The translations under genes and the position numbers were made by a program. A DNA stretch of 49,990 nucleotides from a virus. Shown piece by piece: positions 36,947 through 46,099 of the stretch. The stretch lies in IMG/VR virus record IMGVR_UViG_3300027690_000123, positions 1-49,990 of that record, one strand, 5' to 3'. The notes below the pieces were generated by a model, which was given only the letters and a program-made list of their open reading frames with translations, ran no database searches and had not been told where the DNA came from. Position 1 is the first letter of the stretch, and each line of letters opens with the position of its first letter.

Positions 36947-37465
36947 AGCAGGTTCCTTTCTATGGCTTCTTTGATGATGTCTCCGTGGCAGGGTTTGGGT
37001 TTGCAGTTGCAGACCAATTGAACATCTTTTCCTTCTTTGACAGCCTTTACGATGCGTTCTATTTCCTGGGCTGCCGGTGAGGGTTGAAACCAAGCCCAAT
37101 CCTCGAATAAACCGTCCAGCAATAATCGATACTTTTCGATGACAATCTCCCTGTCACCGTTCGGGCCGATGATAAAGGGATTGCCAAGCGGATGGGGTCG
37201 ATCGATTGCGATCCGAACGGTATTGGCTGCGGCACAGGGCGCCGGGATTGTTCACAAAGAGAAATTGACAGATTGCTTTGGCAACGCCGGGGAATCCATT
37301 TCTCCGCAAGTGGGTGAAAAATTGCAGGGCTTCAATGGGGAAATCGGTCTGTTCGACGAATGCTTCGCAACAAGCCAGGAACCTTTCCTTTTCAACGAGT
37401 TGTTTGACGATACCTTCCAGGTCGATTTTCAGTGCGGTGGAAATGGCGATGACGGCTTTGTTCAT
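36943..37465 (-). pseudogene. DUF4326-domain protein split by a frameshift near 37245
   Basis: ORF 37154-37465 shifts frame into IDRPHPLGNPFIIGPNGDREIVIEKYR...LVCNCKPKPCHGDIIK, which ends at 36943. Confidence 0.75.
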
Positions 37466-37489
37466 TTCTTTCTCCTTTAATGTCCGGGT

Positions 37490-37501
37490 GTAATTAATTA
37501 C
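37490..37501. promoter_or_regulatory. Palindromic operator-like site upstream of the DUF4326-gyrB unit
   Basis: Perfect GTAATTAATTAC. Confidence 0.7.
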
Positions 37502-37502
37502 T

Positions 37503-37712
37503 TCAAAACATTGGTAAATTGAAATATTTCAAAATGGCTAACGGAGCTTCGTTGATGGTTTGATTTGAAGCGATCAGATTCGCCACCGTGATGGCGGCTT
37601 TGCAATCATAGACGAAGGATTCGTCTAAGGTGGCTGCGAGCATTGGAATGTTTTGCTGGTAGGTGAAGCAGAAAACCGGGTGATTTGAGTCGAAGGTTGC
37701 GGGCAAGTTCAT
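37503..37712 (-). CDS. Small hypothetical protein
   Basis: AGGAGG RBS; preceded by the 25-bp motif and a palindrome variant. Confidence 0.6.
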   Translation of the reverse strand: MNLPATFDSNHPVFCFTYQQNIPMLAATLDESFVYDCKAAITVANLIASNQTINEAPLAILKYFNLPMF

Positions 37713-37783
37713 ATACCTCCTTTTGTGCGGGTTTCAATATCATTGGTTACTGTGGGTGTAAATAATTAGTTCAATTTGCTTCT

Positions 37784-37808
37784 AATAAAGCTCAATTTTC
37801 TGTAAAAA
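37784..37808 (-). promoter_or_regulatory. 25-bp motif (copy 3)
   Basis: AATAAAGCTCAATTTTCTGTAAAAA. Confidence 0.65.
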
Positions 37809-37824
37809 TATCGTGCTCGATTGA

Positions 37825-37859
37825 CCTAATAGATAATATTGAAAATATTATCTATTAGG
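37825..37859. repeat. Perfect 16-bp AT-rich inverted repeat
   Basis: CCTAATAGATAATATT-GAA-AATATTATCTATTAGG, just past the primase stop. Confidence 0.8.
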
Positions 37860-37862
37860 CGG

Positions 37863-38900
37863 TTATGACAATTTGCTGATTGCTACAGTGAGCCGATCGA
37901 GCTTGTCGATTGGAGTAGCGGCTTCAATGTAATCGGGGGTATCGGGGCATTCATCGGGGTCGAGCTTTCCAGGGATCCTGGCGATCAGCACCTCTTTGCT
38001 GGTGGAAAGTCTCATCCCGGCTTCGTAGGCTTCTGGCAGCGTGCCGCCGTCCCAAAGCATAATCACCCGTTCGACTCGCTTTTCGGCTTTGATCATCTTT
38101 TCCTGGTTTGGCTTGAGGGATTTTCCGAAGGTGGCTGTGACATTGTGATAACCGCGTAGCCATACCCGCCAGGCGGATGTAACGCCTTCCACAATGATAA
38201 TCGTTTTGAAAAACCGGGCATCATCCCAATTATAAAGCTCATTGCCGAATTCAGGCGGGAATAGGTATTTCGGAATGGCTCCTCGGATCGAGCGGCCCTG
38301 GAAAGAGATTCCGACACCCTCTTTGTAAATGGGGATGATGATGCGGCTGGCGTAGGGGCAACACCTTTTGCCGGCGGCCCGGATATGGCATTCAGGGCAA
38401 AGTGTACCTTTCGGCGGCCCGGGTGGGCAATAAAACAGTCCGAAATGTTCGATCACTTCTTTGCCGAACCGACGTTCTGCCAGATAGTCCCACTCCGGGG
38501 TTCCTGGGTTGATCCTGCGAAGGGGTGGGAATTTGCATGGCTCGGGTTTGTCGGAAGTGATATGCGGCGGTTCAGGTTCGGGGGGTTTGAGTTTGGCGAG
38601 GGCTTCCTCCAGCCGGTGGGTGCCATAAGTTCGAATCGGAGCGGTTGACCGAGCGATTTTCAGAGCGGCAAATTTGCTGATCCCTTCAGCCTGGGCAACA
38701 AAACTGATTTCGTCATAATGGGTGCCGCATTTAAAACAGAATGCCACCTTCTCGGCCAGGTTGACGGTCATTTTCCGGTTGCGCCGCCAGTTGTCGTCGC
38801 AGTCCGGGTTGATGCAACTGATGGATACCTGATCGGGGTTCATCTGCTGGGGTTTCGGATCGAAGTGCTCCTCGACATATTCTCGGAAGTTGAAACTCAT
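37863..38900 (-). CDS. dnaG: Phage DnaG-type primase
   Basis: Zn finger CINPDC..CFKCG, RIIIPIY, FQGR, IIVEG, ATFGK, LWDGG, DPDE. Start taken at MSFNF. Confidence 0.88.
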   Translation of the reverse strand: MSFNFREYVEEHFDPKPQQMNPDQVSISCINPDCDDNWRRNRKMTVNLAEKVAFCFKCGTHYDEISFVAQAEGISKFAALKIARSTAPIRTYGTHRLEEALAKLKPPEPEPPHITSDKPEPCKFPPLRRINPGTPEWDYLAERRFGKEVIEHFGLFYCPPGPPKGTLCPECHIRAAGKRCCPYASRIIIPIYKEGVGISFQGRSIRGAIPKYLFPPEFGNELYNWDDARFFKTIIIVEGVTSAWRVWLRGYHNVTATFGKSLKPNQEKMIKAEKRVERVIMLWDGGTLPEAYEAGMRLSTSKEVLIARIPGKLDPDECPDTPDYIEAATPIDKLDRLTVAISKLS

Positions 38901-39014
38901 ATCGACTCCTTGTTTGGATATGGGCAAATTTCGAATTCTCGCCGTGAATTTCGAATGATCGACCTGATCTTGCGGTAAATAGACTCGGGTTTGAATTTCG
39001 GGCTCTAAGGGGGT

Positions 39015-40409
39015 TTATTTGATGATCCGGCCAAAATGGGCCAAGTCGAAATTGTCGAAGTCCTTCATCGACACTCGCATCTTGGTAAAATCGGTCAAAA
39101 ATTCGGCTTCAACCCCTTTGGGTCCGTTGCGGTTTTTGGCAACAAACGCCCGCATGAGTCCAGTGCCGCGGCCTTCTTCTGAAAAAGTTTCTTCCGATTT
39201 GGTTTGGGATAGGCCGATGACGTAATCGGCGGTCATCGCTTTGGAAAAGTCTTCAGCCAGGCTGTCGATATCCACGGCTTTTTTCCGAAGGCTGTCCCTG
39301 TTGGCCTGGGATGCGGTTAAAACCGCAACGCCGAATTCTTTGCCGATGCTGCGGATCTGCTCATACACATCGCCGTGTTCGAGCCGGCGTTCATCGATCT
39401 TCTTGTCGCTGGCCATAATGTCGGCATAATCCACGACCAAAACCGAAATATTGATGCCTTGATCCTGGTACCAGTAAAGATGCTGGCGGATCATATTCGG
39501 GGTCAGGTACCGGGGCGGCAGGTCGTGGAGGAAAATCTCACCCAATTTAAAACTCGTTTGAATGATCCCCCACCGTTCGGCGACAAGATCGGCGTAGCGG
39601 ATCAATTCAACAAAGGGAATGCCCGTGGTCATGGCGTCGATGCGGCTGGTGACGATGTCAGCGGCCATTTCAAGTGTGTAATACAAAGCGTTGTGCCCCC
39701 GGAGGATGGCGGCCATGGTCAAGTTGGCAAGCCAAATGGATTTGCCGCGGCCTGGGGAGCCACAAATGACCATCATCTCGCCGCGGCCGGTGCCGTGTCG
39801 GTAAAGCAGGTTGTCGACTTTTTCCAACCCGGTTGAAATGCCATCTTTCCTCAAAGCGGCTTCCGGGTCTTTGAGTTTGACAATGCGGTCATCGATCGTT
39901 TTGATGATTTGGATGTCGGATCGCTCTTTTGAACTGTCGATTTTTGAAAAGGCTTTGTTTATTCGATCCACGATCTCCCGGTACCGGCCTTTTCTCATCA
40001 AATCGACGGCGCCGACCAATTCGACCTCCAGGGTTTTGGATAGGGCAAACCGGCGCAGCTCGGTTCTGACATATTCCGGGGCTACGGGTGTCGTGGCGAT
40101 CTGTGCAAATCGAGTGATGTATTGATGGCGGTCTTCATCCTCGATGCGTTTTGACAAAATGAGCTTCTTGATCTCATTGAAGACCACGAATTTTGAGATC
40201 TTGTCTTTGGGGAATTTCCTGGCGAATTCGAGAAAGATCTCGGCATAGGCGGCATCGATCTTGTCGTCAAAATGCTCCGGCTTGATAACATCTGCGATCA
40301 TTCGCAAAAAGCCGTTATCCGAATACATCATGGCCAGGATCTGTTTCTGGAATTCGCGGTCATATTCCTCTTTGATTGTTGCTGCTGGTACCAATGCGGC
40401 GGTTGCCAT
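39015..40409 (-). CDS. dnaB: Replicative SF4 helicase (DnaB/gp41-like)
   Basis: GSPGRGKS, YYTLEM, VVDYADIM, TASQANR, KNRNGP. Confidence 0.92.
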   Translation of the reverse strand: MATAALVPAATIKEEYDREFQKQILAMMYSDNGFLRMIADVIKPEHFDDKIDAAYAEIFLEFARKFPKDKISKFVVFNEIKKLILSKRIEDEDRHQYITRFAQIATTPVAPEYVRTELRRFALSKTLEVELVGAVDLMRKGRYREIVDRINKAFSKIDSSKERSDIQIIKTIDDRIVKLKDPEAALRKDGISTGLEKVDNLLYRHGTGRGEMMVICGSPGRGKSIWLANLTMAAILRGHNALYYTLEMAADIVTSRIDAMTTGIPFVELIRYADLVAERWGIIQTSFKLGEIFLHDLPPRYLTPNMIRQHLYWYQDQGINISVLVVDYADIMASDKKIDERRLEHGDVYEQIRSIGKEFGVAVLTASQANRDSLRKKAVDIDSLAEDFSKAMTADYVIGLSQTKSEETFSEEGRGTGLMRAFVAKNRNGPKGVEAEFLTDFTKMRVSMKDFDNFDLAHFGRIIK

Positions 40410-40421
40410 AACATATCGCTC

Positions 40422-41900
40422 CTATTCTTGGACGTTTCGAAAAAGGATGGCTGTTTTAAAATAGCTTTCAGTCGGTTCGTAACGTTTGAGTTTCTCGACG
40501 TTGTGATGGGTGCCGTAGCCTTTGGCCCAGGCCTTGGGTAGTAAACCATAATCGATGGCTTGGGTGACCAAGTCCCATAGACGATGGCCGGTGATCATGG
40601 CGTTGCGTTCCAATTCGACGAAAACGCAATCCTGATAAAAGGTTTTCGCCAGGTTGAATTGTTCAGGGGTTTGGGCTGGGGTTGCGTAATTTTCGGCAAG
40701 AAAGAAATTTGCGTTGCCGGAATACAGGATGTCTTGCCGGGTAATGAGGACAGAGCCTTTCAAATTCTGTTCGATGTAATCCTTGACGGCAGCAACGTGG
40801 GTTTCACCGGCAAACTGTTTTGTTTGAGGGGTGTTCTCCAGGCTACTGCGAGCGTTCAAATCGAATTGGTATTCGGCGATGCCCACCATGTAATCTTCAT
40901 ATCTGGCGTTGAGCAAATCGGCTTCGATCCGGGCTTTGTTCAGATCGGAAAAGAGCTTTCCGGATTTTCTGAAAAGGGCGGGGCTCGTTAATGCTTTCTT
41001 ATATCCCGGGTTCATCCTGTACCCTTTAAAAAGTCGGGTAATGATTTTCGTCCAGGCTTTTGCGAATTCAAAACTCCGCTGTTCCGGGGTAAGCCTAAAA
41101 TATCGGACATGAGGGGTGAATATGTTTTCGGTGATGTAATCCTCTTTCGCTCTCATTTCCTTTGAAAGTCGGATTGCTGGGGTTTTCTCGAGTTCTCCGG
41201 ATTTTTTCAGAAATTTTTCAATATTCCCAACGGGGAGATCTCGGGGCTTGGATTTTTCCTCGGATAAGGTTTTTTCAGGAATCGGGGTCGAGGATATGAA
41301 TTTAACGCTCGGGTCGGATTCAGGGAATTTAACGCTCGGGTCGAGGGAATCCGGGGATACCTCATCGGAGGATTTTTCTAAAACGGGTTTCCGGAGAATA
41401 GGGAATATTTCCGTTTCAGCAAATCGGAGAATTTTATTCCAAAGTTCGTCGGGGATGGTGGATGATAATTCACGTCCTGAGTCATTCAAAAATTTATCGA
41501 GCATGTGATCAAACTCGATTAATTTTTTTCTGATCTCTGGAATGGGGTTAATTTCAGCTTTCTTTTTAAGTATATGTTTAATCGAATACAGTATATTATA
41601 TAATAGATCGAAATAAGAATCGGAAAAAGTGGTAGCAAAAGTGGTAGCAAAAGTGGTAGCAAAAGTGGTAGGCGGCGAAAAAGTGGTAGCAAAAGTGGTA
41701 CCTCCTTTTCGCCGATAAAGGTACCTACAATGGAAACTCGGGTCCGATTTTCGGTCAACAACACCCACCTCGACCAGTCTCGAAAGGGCTCTTTGAATCG
41801 CTGTTCGATTCCGTTTGAGGATGGCTTTCATCTCATCGACGGTGTAGCTCTTGCCGGGATTGCTATCCATTGTCTTGATGATTTGATCAACGATATTCAT
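40422..41900 (-). CDS. Putative replication initiator (N-terminal winged HTH, internal iterons)
   Basis: YTVDEMKAILKRNRTAIQRALSRLVEVGVV HTH; TTFA repeats encoded by 12-bp iterons; directly upstream of the helicase. Confidence 0.7.
   Translation of the reverse strand: MNIVDQIIKTMDSNPGKSYTVDEMKAILKRNRTAIQRALSRLVEVGVVDRKSDPSFHCRYLYRRKGGTTFATTFSPPTTFATTFATTFATTFSDSYFDLLYNILYSIKHILKKKAEINPIPEIRKKLIEFDHMLDKFLNDSGRELSSTIPDELWNKILRFAETEIFPILRKPVLEKSSDEVSPDSLDPSVKFPESDPSVKFISSTPIPEKTLSEEKSKPRDLPVGNIEKFLKKSGELEKTPAIRLSKEMRAKEDYITENIFTPHVRYFRLTPEQRSFEFAKAWTKIITRLFKGYRMNPGYKKALTSPALFRKSGKLFSDLNKARIEADLLNARYEDYMVGIAEYQFDLNARSSLENTPQTKQFAGETHVAAVKDYIEQNLKGSVLITRQDILYSGNANFFLAENYATPAQTPEQFNLAKTFYQDCVFVELERNAMITGHRLWDLVTQAIDYGLLPKAWAKGYGTHHNVEKLKRYEPTESYFKTAILFRNVQE
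41625..41700. repeat. Six AAAAGTGGTA(GC) iterons next to an AT-rich tract; putative phage origin
   Basis: Copies at 41625, 41637, 41649, 41661, 41679 and 41691; AT-rich 41520-41620. Confidence 0.8.
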
Positions 41901-41909
41901 AGTGTTCTC

Positions 41910-42401
41910 CTATACCTCAATGAGTTTTTTCCGAGCTTCGAGCCTGGCGGTTTCCGCTGCCTTTTCCTTTTCTGCCTGTGCGGCCGCCACCTTTTCGGCG
42001 TATGCGATTTCCTCTGCTTTAAGGGCATCGGAGAGTGCATGGGGAAAATTCTGCAGATGTATTTGGAGCATCTGCTGGAGGCCTTTTTGAATATCCAGAA
42101 CCAGGCGCTTGTTGATTTCGAGCGTCAAATCGTACATGTCATCGACTCCGAAGCGGCCAAGTGAGCAATATTGCTCGATCTGTTGAAGGATGTGTTTTCT
42201 TTCTCTGCCGGTAAAATCGGGTTGTTCCCAGTCATCGAGGTAATCGACGGCTGCTTGCCCGATCTCACTTGCGAATTGGGTCATCTTTCTTATAAATTCT
42301 TTGTAAAATTCCGGGTCGACTTCTTCCTCGTATGGTTCCTCGGGGCCATCTTCAAACGAATCTAAAAGGTCATCGTCGTTGATGTATTCGTGGTCATCCA
42401 T
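41910..42401 (-). CDS. Hypothetical acidic protein
   Basis: AAGGAG RBS; 163 aa. Confidence 0.7.
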   Translation of the reverse strand: MDDHEYINDDDLLDSFEDGPEEPYEEEVDPEFYKEFIRKMTQFASEIGQAAVDYLDDWEQPDFTGRERKHILQQIEQYCSLGRFGVDDMYDLTLEINKRLVLDIQKGLQQMLQIHLQNFPHALSDALKAEEIAYAEKVAAAQAEKEKAAETARLEARKKLIEV

Positions 42402-42460
42402 TATTGTCTCCTTCCGACTCTAAAGCGGTCTTTAGGCTTTCCCGCTGTCTTTCGATTAAA

Positions 42461-42730
42461 TTAATGGGCGTGCCTGGGTCTGTTGGCGGCCATCTGTCTC
42501 AATTCTTTGTGTCGAAGCGAGCACCATTTCGGGGTGGAGTATGGGGGCCAGCGGCGGTGCAGATAGACTTTGAGGCGCAGCCGTTGAGCGAGGAAATATT
42601 CCGGCTTGATGTGGCATTCATTGTCGCGGATCAGTCTTTGAATCAGGGATGGGGACCAAACGTAAAAAGCGGTCAGGCCATAGCCATATCGATCGATATG
42701 CTGTTTCAGTTGTCTGAAAGTCATATTCAC
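42461..42730 (-). CDS. Hypothetical protein
   Basis: GTG start with AAGGA RBS after the helicase gene. Confidence 0.5.
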   Translation of the reverse strand: MNMTFRQLKQHIDRYGYGLTAFYVWSPSLIQRLIRDNECHIKPEYFLAQRLRLKVYLHRRWPPYSTPKWCSLRHKELRQMAANRPRHAH

Positions 42731-42740
42731 GTCCTTTCGG

Positions 42741-44219
42741 TCAGGCGGCTTTTTTCAGTAAAAAATCAAAATCCGGTACGATGATGAAGCCGGGTTCGTC
42801 TTTGACCAGAACGAACCGCTCCTTCGAGTGGCGGGCCAAATGTTTGTTGGTCAGGTCGATGAAATCGACGATCAGCACCCAGTTGCCGTCGGCTTTGGGG
42901 CGCATGCCACGGCCAATCCTCTGAAACAGCTTTATAGGGGATTTAAGGCCGCCGGCGAGGATGACGGCCGACACCGCCGGAATATCTACGCCCTCATCGG
43001 CGATCGTGGATGAAATGAGGATGTCGAGCCGTTTATCGGCCAGGGCTTTGAGGGCTTCGTCACGGGTTTCGGTGTCTTTTGAACCGTGGATGAATTGGAT
43101 CCGCAACCCCGGGTAGCGTTCGAGCATCGATAGCAAGGTCTTGCCGTGATTGATTTTGCTGACCAGGATCAGGGTGGTCAAACCGGCTTGGGCAAAGCCG
43201 ACGGCTTCGTTGACGATGATCCCGTTTCGGTAGGTGTTTTCCACCACGCCTTGTTTGTATGCCGTCGCGTAGGAAAGGTGCCGCGGCAATTCTGGCAACG
43301 TGATGCGTTGAAGTTTTATATATGGTTGAGCCAGCAAACCGCGATCGACAAGGTCTTTGATGGTGATGCGATAGATGACGTTGCCGGTTTGACTGATCAG
43401 CGCCAGGTCTTCAAACAAGCCTTTCATCAGCGGGGTGGCGGTCAGGCCGATGCGGTAATAGCCGTTCACGCACATGTTACAGACGGTCTGGAACGTCATG
43501 GCGTCGCCGCGGTGGGCTTCATCGATGATGAGCATGTCAATGCTCTGCAAAAGGGCAACGATCTCCGGATCGGCTTTTTTGATGATGTTGCCTCTCTTGT
43601 CCCTTTTTTCCAGTCCGGCATAGATGGTTTGAACTGTGGCGATGATGGTCGGGTGATGGATGTCACGGATTCCATCGCCGAGCCGGCCGGTGTCGATCCC
43701 CGAGCCGGTGTACGAACTCCAGGTTTGATGCAGCAGTTCTTTTTGATGGGTCAAAAACAGGACTTTTAATCCCTGGAGGTTTGCGATCTTGACGGCGCCG
43801 GCGGATATGACGGTCTTGCCCGAGCCGGTTGGGGATTGGATGATGCCCCGGGTGTATTGAAAGATGGCTCGAATGGCGGAAACCTGAAAATCACGCAGGG
43901 TCTTATCTGAAAGAATGGATGCAATAGCGGCGTCTGAGCCGAGGGTGATCTCACGGTGCCGCCGGTTGTCGATGACGGGAAGTACAATTCCGACCTCTGC
44001 TGCTTTCTCCAGGGCGATCGCAAGTAAACCGGTTGCAAAGGTATTGCTGTGGCGTTTGAAAAAACACAGGTTGCCATCCCATCCGCTGGTCTTGTGTGCC
44101 TTCGTGAATTTGAAAGAGGGGAGCTGGAAGGTCAGCCCTTTGGCGACAAGGTTTCTCAAGTAAAAATCGTCTGTCACAAGACGGGTTATCTGGTTGTCTT
44201 CAATTTGAAAGTGGGACAT
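42741..44219 (-). CDS. uvsW: SF2 DEAH helicase (UvsW-like)
   Basis: LRDFQ, SPTGSGKT, IIDEAH, GLTATP, DEGVDIP, QRIGRGMR. Confidence 0.88.
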   Translation of the reverse strand: MSHFQIEDNQITRLVTDDFYLRNLVAKGLTFQLPSFKFTKAHKTSGWDGNLCFFKRHSNTFATGLLAIALEKAAEVGIVLPVIDNRRHREITLGSDAAIASILSDKTLRDFQVSAIRAIFQYTRGIIQSPTGSGKTVISAGAVKIANLQGLKVLFLTHQKELLHQTWSSYTGSGIDTGRLGDGIRDIHHPTIIATVQTIYAGLEKRDKRGNIIKKADPEIVALLQSIDMLIIDEAHRGDAMTFQTVCNMCVNGYYRIGLTATPLMKGLFEDLALISQTGNVIYRITIKDLVDRGLLAQPYIKLQRITLPELPRHLSYATAYKQGVVENTYRNGIIVNEAVGFAQAGLTTLILVSKINHGKTLLSMLERYPGLRIQFIHGSKDTETRDEALKALADKRLDILISSTIADEGVDIPAVSAVILAGGLKSPIKLFQRIGRGMRPKADGNWVLIVDFIDLTNKHLARHSKERFVLVKDEPGFIIVPDFDFLLKKAA

Positions 44220-44277
44220 CCATCGACTCCTTTCATCGTTGGGGTTGGGATTTCGAGTACGCAGATTGATGGCAGGG

Positions 44278-44367
44278 GATAAATCTCAATTTTCTGGAAA
44301 ATGAAGGCATTCGCGTTTTTGCTTGACGGTCGCAAGGTAATTAATTAATGTGAAGGTAATTAGTTAC
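44278..44367. promoter_or_regulatory. Divergent control region: leftward 25-bp motif, and rightward sigma70 promoter (TTGACG-17-TAATGT) overlapped by two operators
   Basis: Motif 44278-44302; -35 at 44323-44328; -10 at 44346-44351; palindromes at 44337 and 44356 (19 bp apart). Confidence 0.72.
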
Positions 44368-44402
44368 TTTCAAGCATGGAACTGGAAAGGAGTCAAGCAA
44401 AA

Positions 44403-44816
44403 ATGAATGACCGCTTGTTTCTCGAGTACCAAGCCCATTTCGATGCGGCCCATTATTTAAAGGGGTATTTGGGACCGTGTGCGAATTTGCATGGGCATCG
44501 TTGGGAGGTTCGGATCGGCATCTCAGGTACTGTGTTGAATGAGGTGGGGATCCTGGTCGATTTTCGGGATCTCAAAGATATGATGAAGGCGGTCTTGCCT
44601 GACCATCAATGCCTCAACGATCTTGCCGAGTTTGCCGAGATGAACCCTACTGCCGAAAATCTGGCCGGATATCTGTTCCGCCGGATCGATGATTACATCC
44701 AGGCTTGCTTTTGCAATGATGGATTCAAAGAGGCGGCCCGACCTGTTCGTCTGGACTGGGTCCGGGTGTATGAATCGCCTGGGGCTTGCGCCTTGGTAGA
44801 AAGGGGGGCGGAATGA
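44403..44816 (+). CDS. queD: 6-carboxy-5,6,7,8-tetrahydropterin synthase
   Basis: FDAAHYL, CANLHGH, VDF, NPTAENLA, VYESP. Confidence 0.93.
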   Translation: MNDRLFLEYQAHFDAAHYLKGYLGPCANLHGHRWEVRIGISGTVLNEVGILVDFRDLKDMMKAVLPDHQCLNDLAEFAEMNPTAENLAGYLFRRIDDYIQACFCNDGFKEAARPVRLDWVRVYESPGACALVERGAE

Positions 44817-45469
44817 CAAACCCCCGCGATGTTCGATTCGACGGCGATAGATATCCTGTCGTTGAAATGTTCACCTCGGTTCAAACAGAAGGCGCCCGTT
44901 GCGGTACCTTAGCTCATTTCCTTCGTCTTGGTGGATGCAATTTCAATTGCCCTTTCTGTGACACTCCTTTGGATAAATTCGAGATGCTGTCCCCGGCTGA
45001 AATTGCAAGCCACCTTTGTGATCTGGAATGGAAACGAAGCACCGGTGGTTGGGTTGTCATCACGGGTGGGGAGCCGATGGTGCACAATTTGTGGCCGCTC
45101 TTGGCCCAAATCGGGAATCGGTTTTCCATCGCTATGGAGAGCAATGGCAGTCTTCTTCATCAGGTGTCTGAAAAACAACCCGAGGTGCTGCGGTGGATCG
45201 ACTGGCTGACTATTTCCCCGAAAACATTTATTCCAAACCATCTGCTGATGAAATACGCCAGCGAGGTAAAATATGTCGTTCCGGATCATGAATCGTTGAT
45301 CTCCCAAAACGAAGATTTGATGTTTTCGTTGGCGACCGTAAAACCTTTCGTCTTTGTTCAGCCCGAGTTTAACAATCCCGAGGCGGTCGAACGCTGTCTT
45401 GTGTGGATGTCGAACTACACTAAGCTTCGGCTGAGTGTCCAGTCTCACAAGTATATCGGTTTGAGGTGA
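44813..45469 (+). CDS. queE: 7-carboxy-7-deazaguanine synthase (radical SAM)
   Basis: FTSVQTEG, FLRLGGCNFNCPFCDT, ITGGEP, ESNG, ISPK, RLSVQSHK. Confidence 0.93.
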   Translation: MTNPRDVRFDGDRYPVVEMFTSVQTEGARCGTLAHFLRLGGCNFNCPFCDTPLDKFEMLSPAEIASHLCDLEWKRSTGGWVVITGGEPMVHNLWPLLAQIGNRFSIAMESNGSLLHQVSEKQPEVLRWIDWLTISPKTFIPNHLLMKYASEVKYVVPDHESLISQNEDLMFSLATVKPFVFVQPEFNNPEAVERCLVWMSNYTKLRLSVQSHKYIGLR

Positions 45470-45473
45470 TGAA

Positions 45474-46082
45474 ATGAGCGTACAAGAGGTGATGAAAAAT
45501 CCGGCGCCGTCTTTGGATGATATGCGATCGGCGCTGAAATCGATGCTGCACTTCATGGGAGAGGATCCGGAGAGGGAAGGGCTTCTCGAAACACCGGACA
45601 GGATCCTCAAGTCTTGGACAGAGCTTTACGCCGGCTATAAGCAATCGCCGGAGGAAATTCTGTCGAAACGTTTTTCCGAAACCGATGGCTACGATCAGCT
45701 TGTGCTGCTTAAAAACATCGGTTTTTTTTCGATGTGCGAACATCATAATCTGAGCTTCATCGGCGTCGCCCATGTTGGGTATCTCCCGGGCGACTGTGTC
45801 GTGGGGATCAGCAAGCTGGCCCGTCTGGTGGATTGCCACGCCCGGCGTCTTCAGATCCAAGAACGTATGACCAAATCCATCGCCGATGATGTCATGAAAC
45901 ACCTGGCGCCACGTGGGGTAGCTGTCGTGGTCGAAGGGCAACACCTGTGCATGCAGGCCCGCGGCATCAAAAAGATTGGCAGCAGCATGGTCACCTCCGC
46001 AATGGAGGGGGTATTCAAGAACAACGCGGGTGGGTGCAAGGATGAATTTCTGACGCTGGTGAACATGTCGCCGGCGTATTGA
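45474..46082 (+). CDS. folE: GTP cyclohydrolase I
   Basis: REGLLETPDR, SMCEHH, GISKLAR, RRLQIQERMT, HLCMQARG. Confidence 0.95.
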   Translation: MSVQEVMKNPAPSLDDMRSALKSMLHFMGEDPEREGLLETPDRILKSWTELYAGYKQSPEEILSKRFSETDGYDQLVLLKNIGFFSMCEHHNLSFIGVAHVGYLPGDCVVGISKLARLVDCHARRLQIQERMTKSIADDVMKHLAPRGVAVVVEGQHLCMQARGIKKIGSSMVTSAMEGVFKNNAGGCKDEFLTLVNMSPAY

Positions 46083-46099
46083 TTTGCCTTTAAACACAA

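Noticed and set aside
41625-41700. CRISPR array
   Set aside because: The 12-bp units are tandem without unique spacers and lie inside a CDS; they fit iterons better.
42400-42463. Premature stop in the 42461-42730 ORF (the frame stays open to a TAATG overlap with the next gene)
   Set aside because: Plausible, but there is no homology evidence to distinguish it from a normal intergenic gap.
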